DNA of 44,015 nucleotides, taken from sequence record PQ429080.1. One strand, 5' to 3'. Source of the stretch: Escherichia phage vB_VIPECOTPH05B. The first letter of the stretch is position 1. Each line of letters begins with the position of its first letter. Made by a program: the position numbers and the translations under genes. Below are positions 43,693 through 44,015 of the stretch, piece by piece. A model generated the notes under the pieces. It was not told where the DNA came from, ran no database searches, and worked only from the letters and a program-made list of their open reading frames with translations.

Positions 43693-44015
43693 TTACTCAA
43701 TAGAGATTGCTGTGATTACACCGTCTTCTACAGTGATCGTCGCTGCTACGGTAGCAGTAGCTCCCGCCTCCCGGGCGGTGGTAAACGTAATGGGTACGGT
43801 TACTTCTGCGCCATTACCTACAACCACTACAGCGCCACCATCAGAGGCGCCTGCAGCAGCCAGTGCAGCTACTGCTACAGCCCCTGCTGCATCTACGTCC
43901 GGACCAAGAGTATCTAGCGGGCCGGTATCATGTGCCAAGGTTGTTGCTTTATCAAGTGCTACCGCTGCATTACGTACTGCCTGGCGCTGTGCCAGTGTTG
44001 CTTCTGCAAATGCCA
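43693..44015 (-). CDS. Hypothetical Ala-rich protein, 5' end runs off the window edge; likely starts at an ATG formed by position 1 plus 44015..44014
   Basis: Reading frame is open to position 44015; under circular wrap the codon (1, 44015, 44014) on the minus strand is ATG, in frame, overlapping the large-terminase stop as TAATG, giving a 107-aa protein. Confidence 0.5.
   Translation of the reverse strand, partial: AFAEATLAQRQAVRNAAVALDKATTLAHDTGPLDTLGPDVDAAGAVAVAALAAAGASDGGAVVVVGNGAEVTVPITFTTAREAGATATVAATITVEDGVITAISIE

Noticed and set aside
16-44015. All other plus-strand ORFs in the six-frame track (60-220 aa)
   Set aside because: Each overlaps a longer, coherent minus-strand gene; none has a convincing RBS or recognisable motif, and the genome is otherwise uniformly minus-strand.
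1-44015. Integrase, repressor or other lysogeny module
   Set aside because: No tyrosine/serine recombinase or repressor-like ORF recognised; gene content is that of a virulent T7-like phage.

Overview
This window looks like an essentially complete, circularly permuted genome (about 44 kb) of a T7-like podovirus (Autographiviridae), with every gene I can support on the minus strand. The order (high to low coordinate) is: lysis cassette, an 800-bp ORF-free repeat region, an HNH endonuclease, a 550-bp ORF-free leader, a run of small early genes, a DNA-metabolism block (primase, helicase, DNA polymerase, metallophosphoesterase, 5'-3' exonuclease, endonuclease VII), a single-subunit RNA polymerase placed directly before the structural module (phiKMV-like layout), then portal, scaffold, capsid, tail tube A/B, three internal virion proteins, tail fiber and small/large terminase. 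The large terminase stop sits at positions 3..1, and position 1 plus 44015..44014 forms an ATG in frame with the ORF open at the 3' window edge, so the window appears to wrap. The most unusual content is a non-canonical lysis cassette (lipoprotein with C-terminal transmembrane helix resembling a unimolecular spanin, plus a small cysteine-peptidase-like protein), a three-member paralog family sharing an MSKFKVGDKVV N-terminus, a conserved intergenic hairpin present three times with a compensatory base-pair change, and a 14-22 bp element present three times that may be a phage-RNAP promoter. All calls rest on reading the translated ORFs and sequence by eye; no database search or structure prediction was run, so family names are from motif recognition and carry that uncertainty. 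Plus-strand ORFs in the track are treated as antisense artefacts. No tRNA, CRISPR array, integrase or repressor was seen, consistent with a lytic phage; the SAR endolysin and lipoprotein point to a Gram-negative host.
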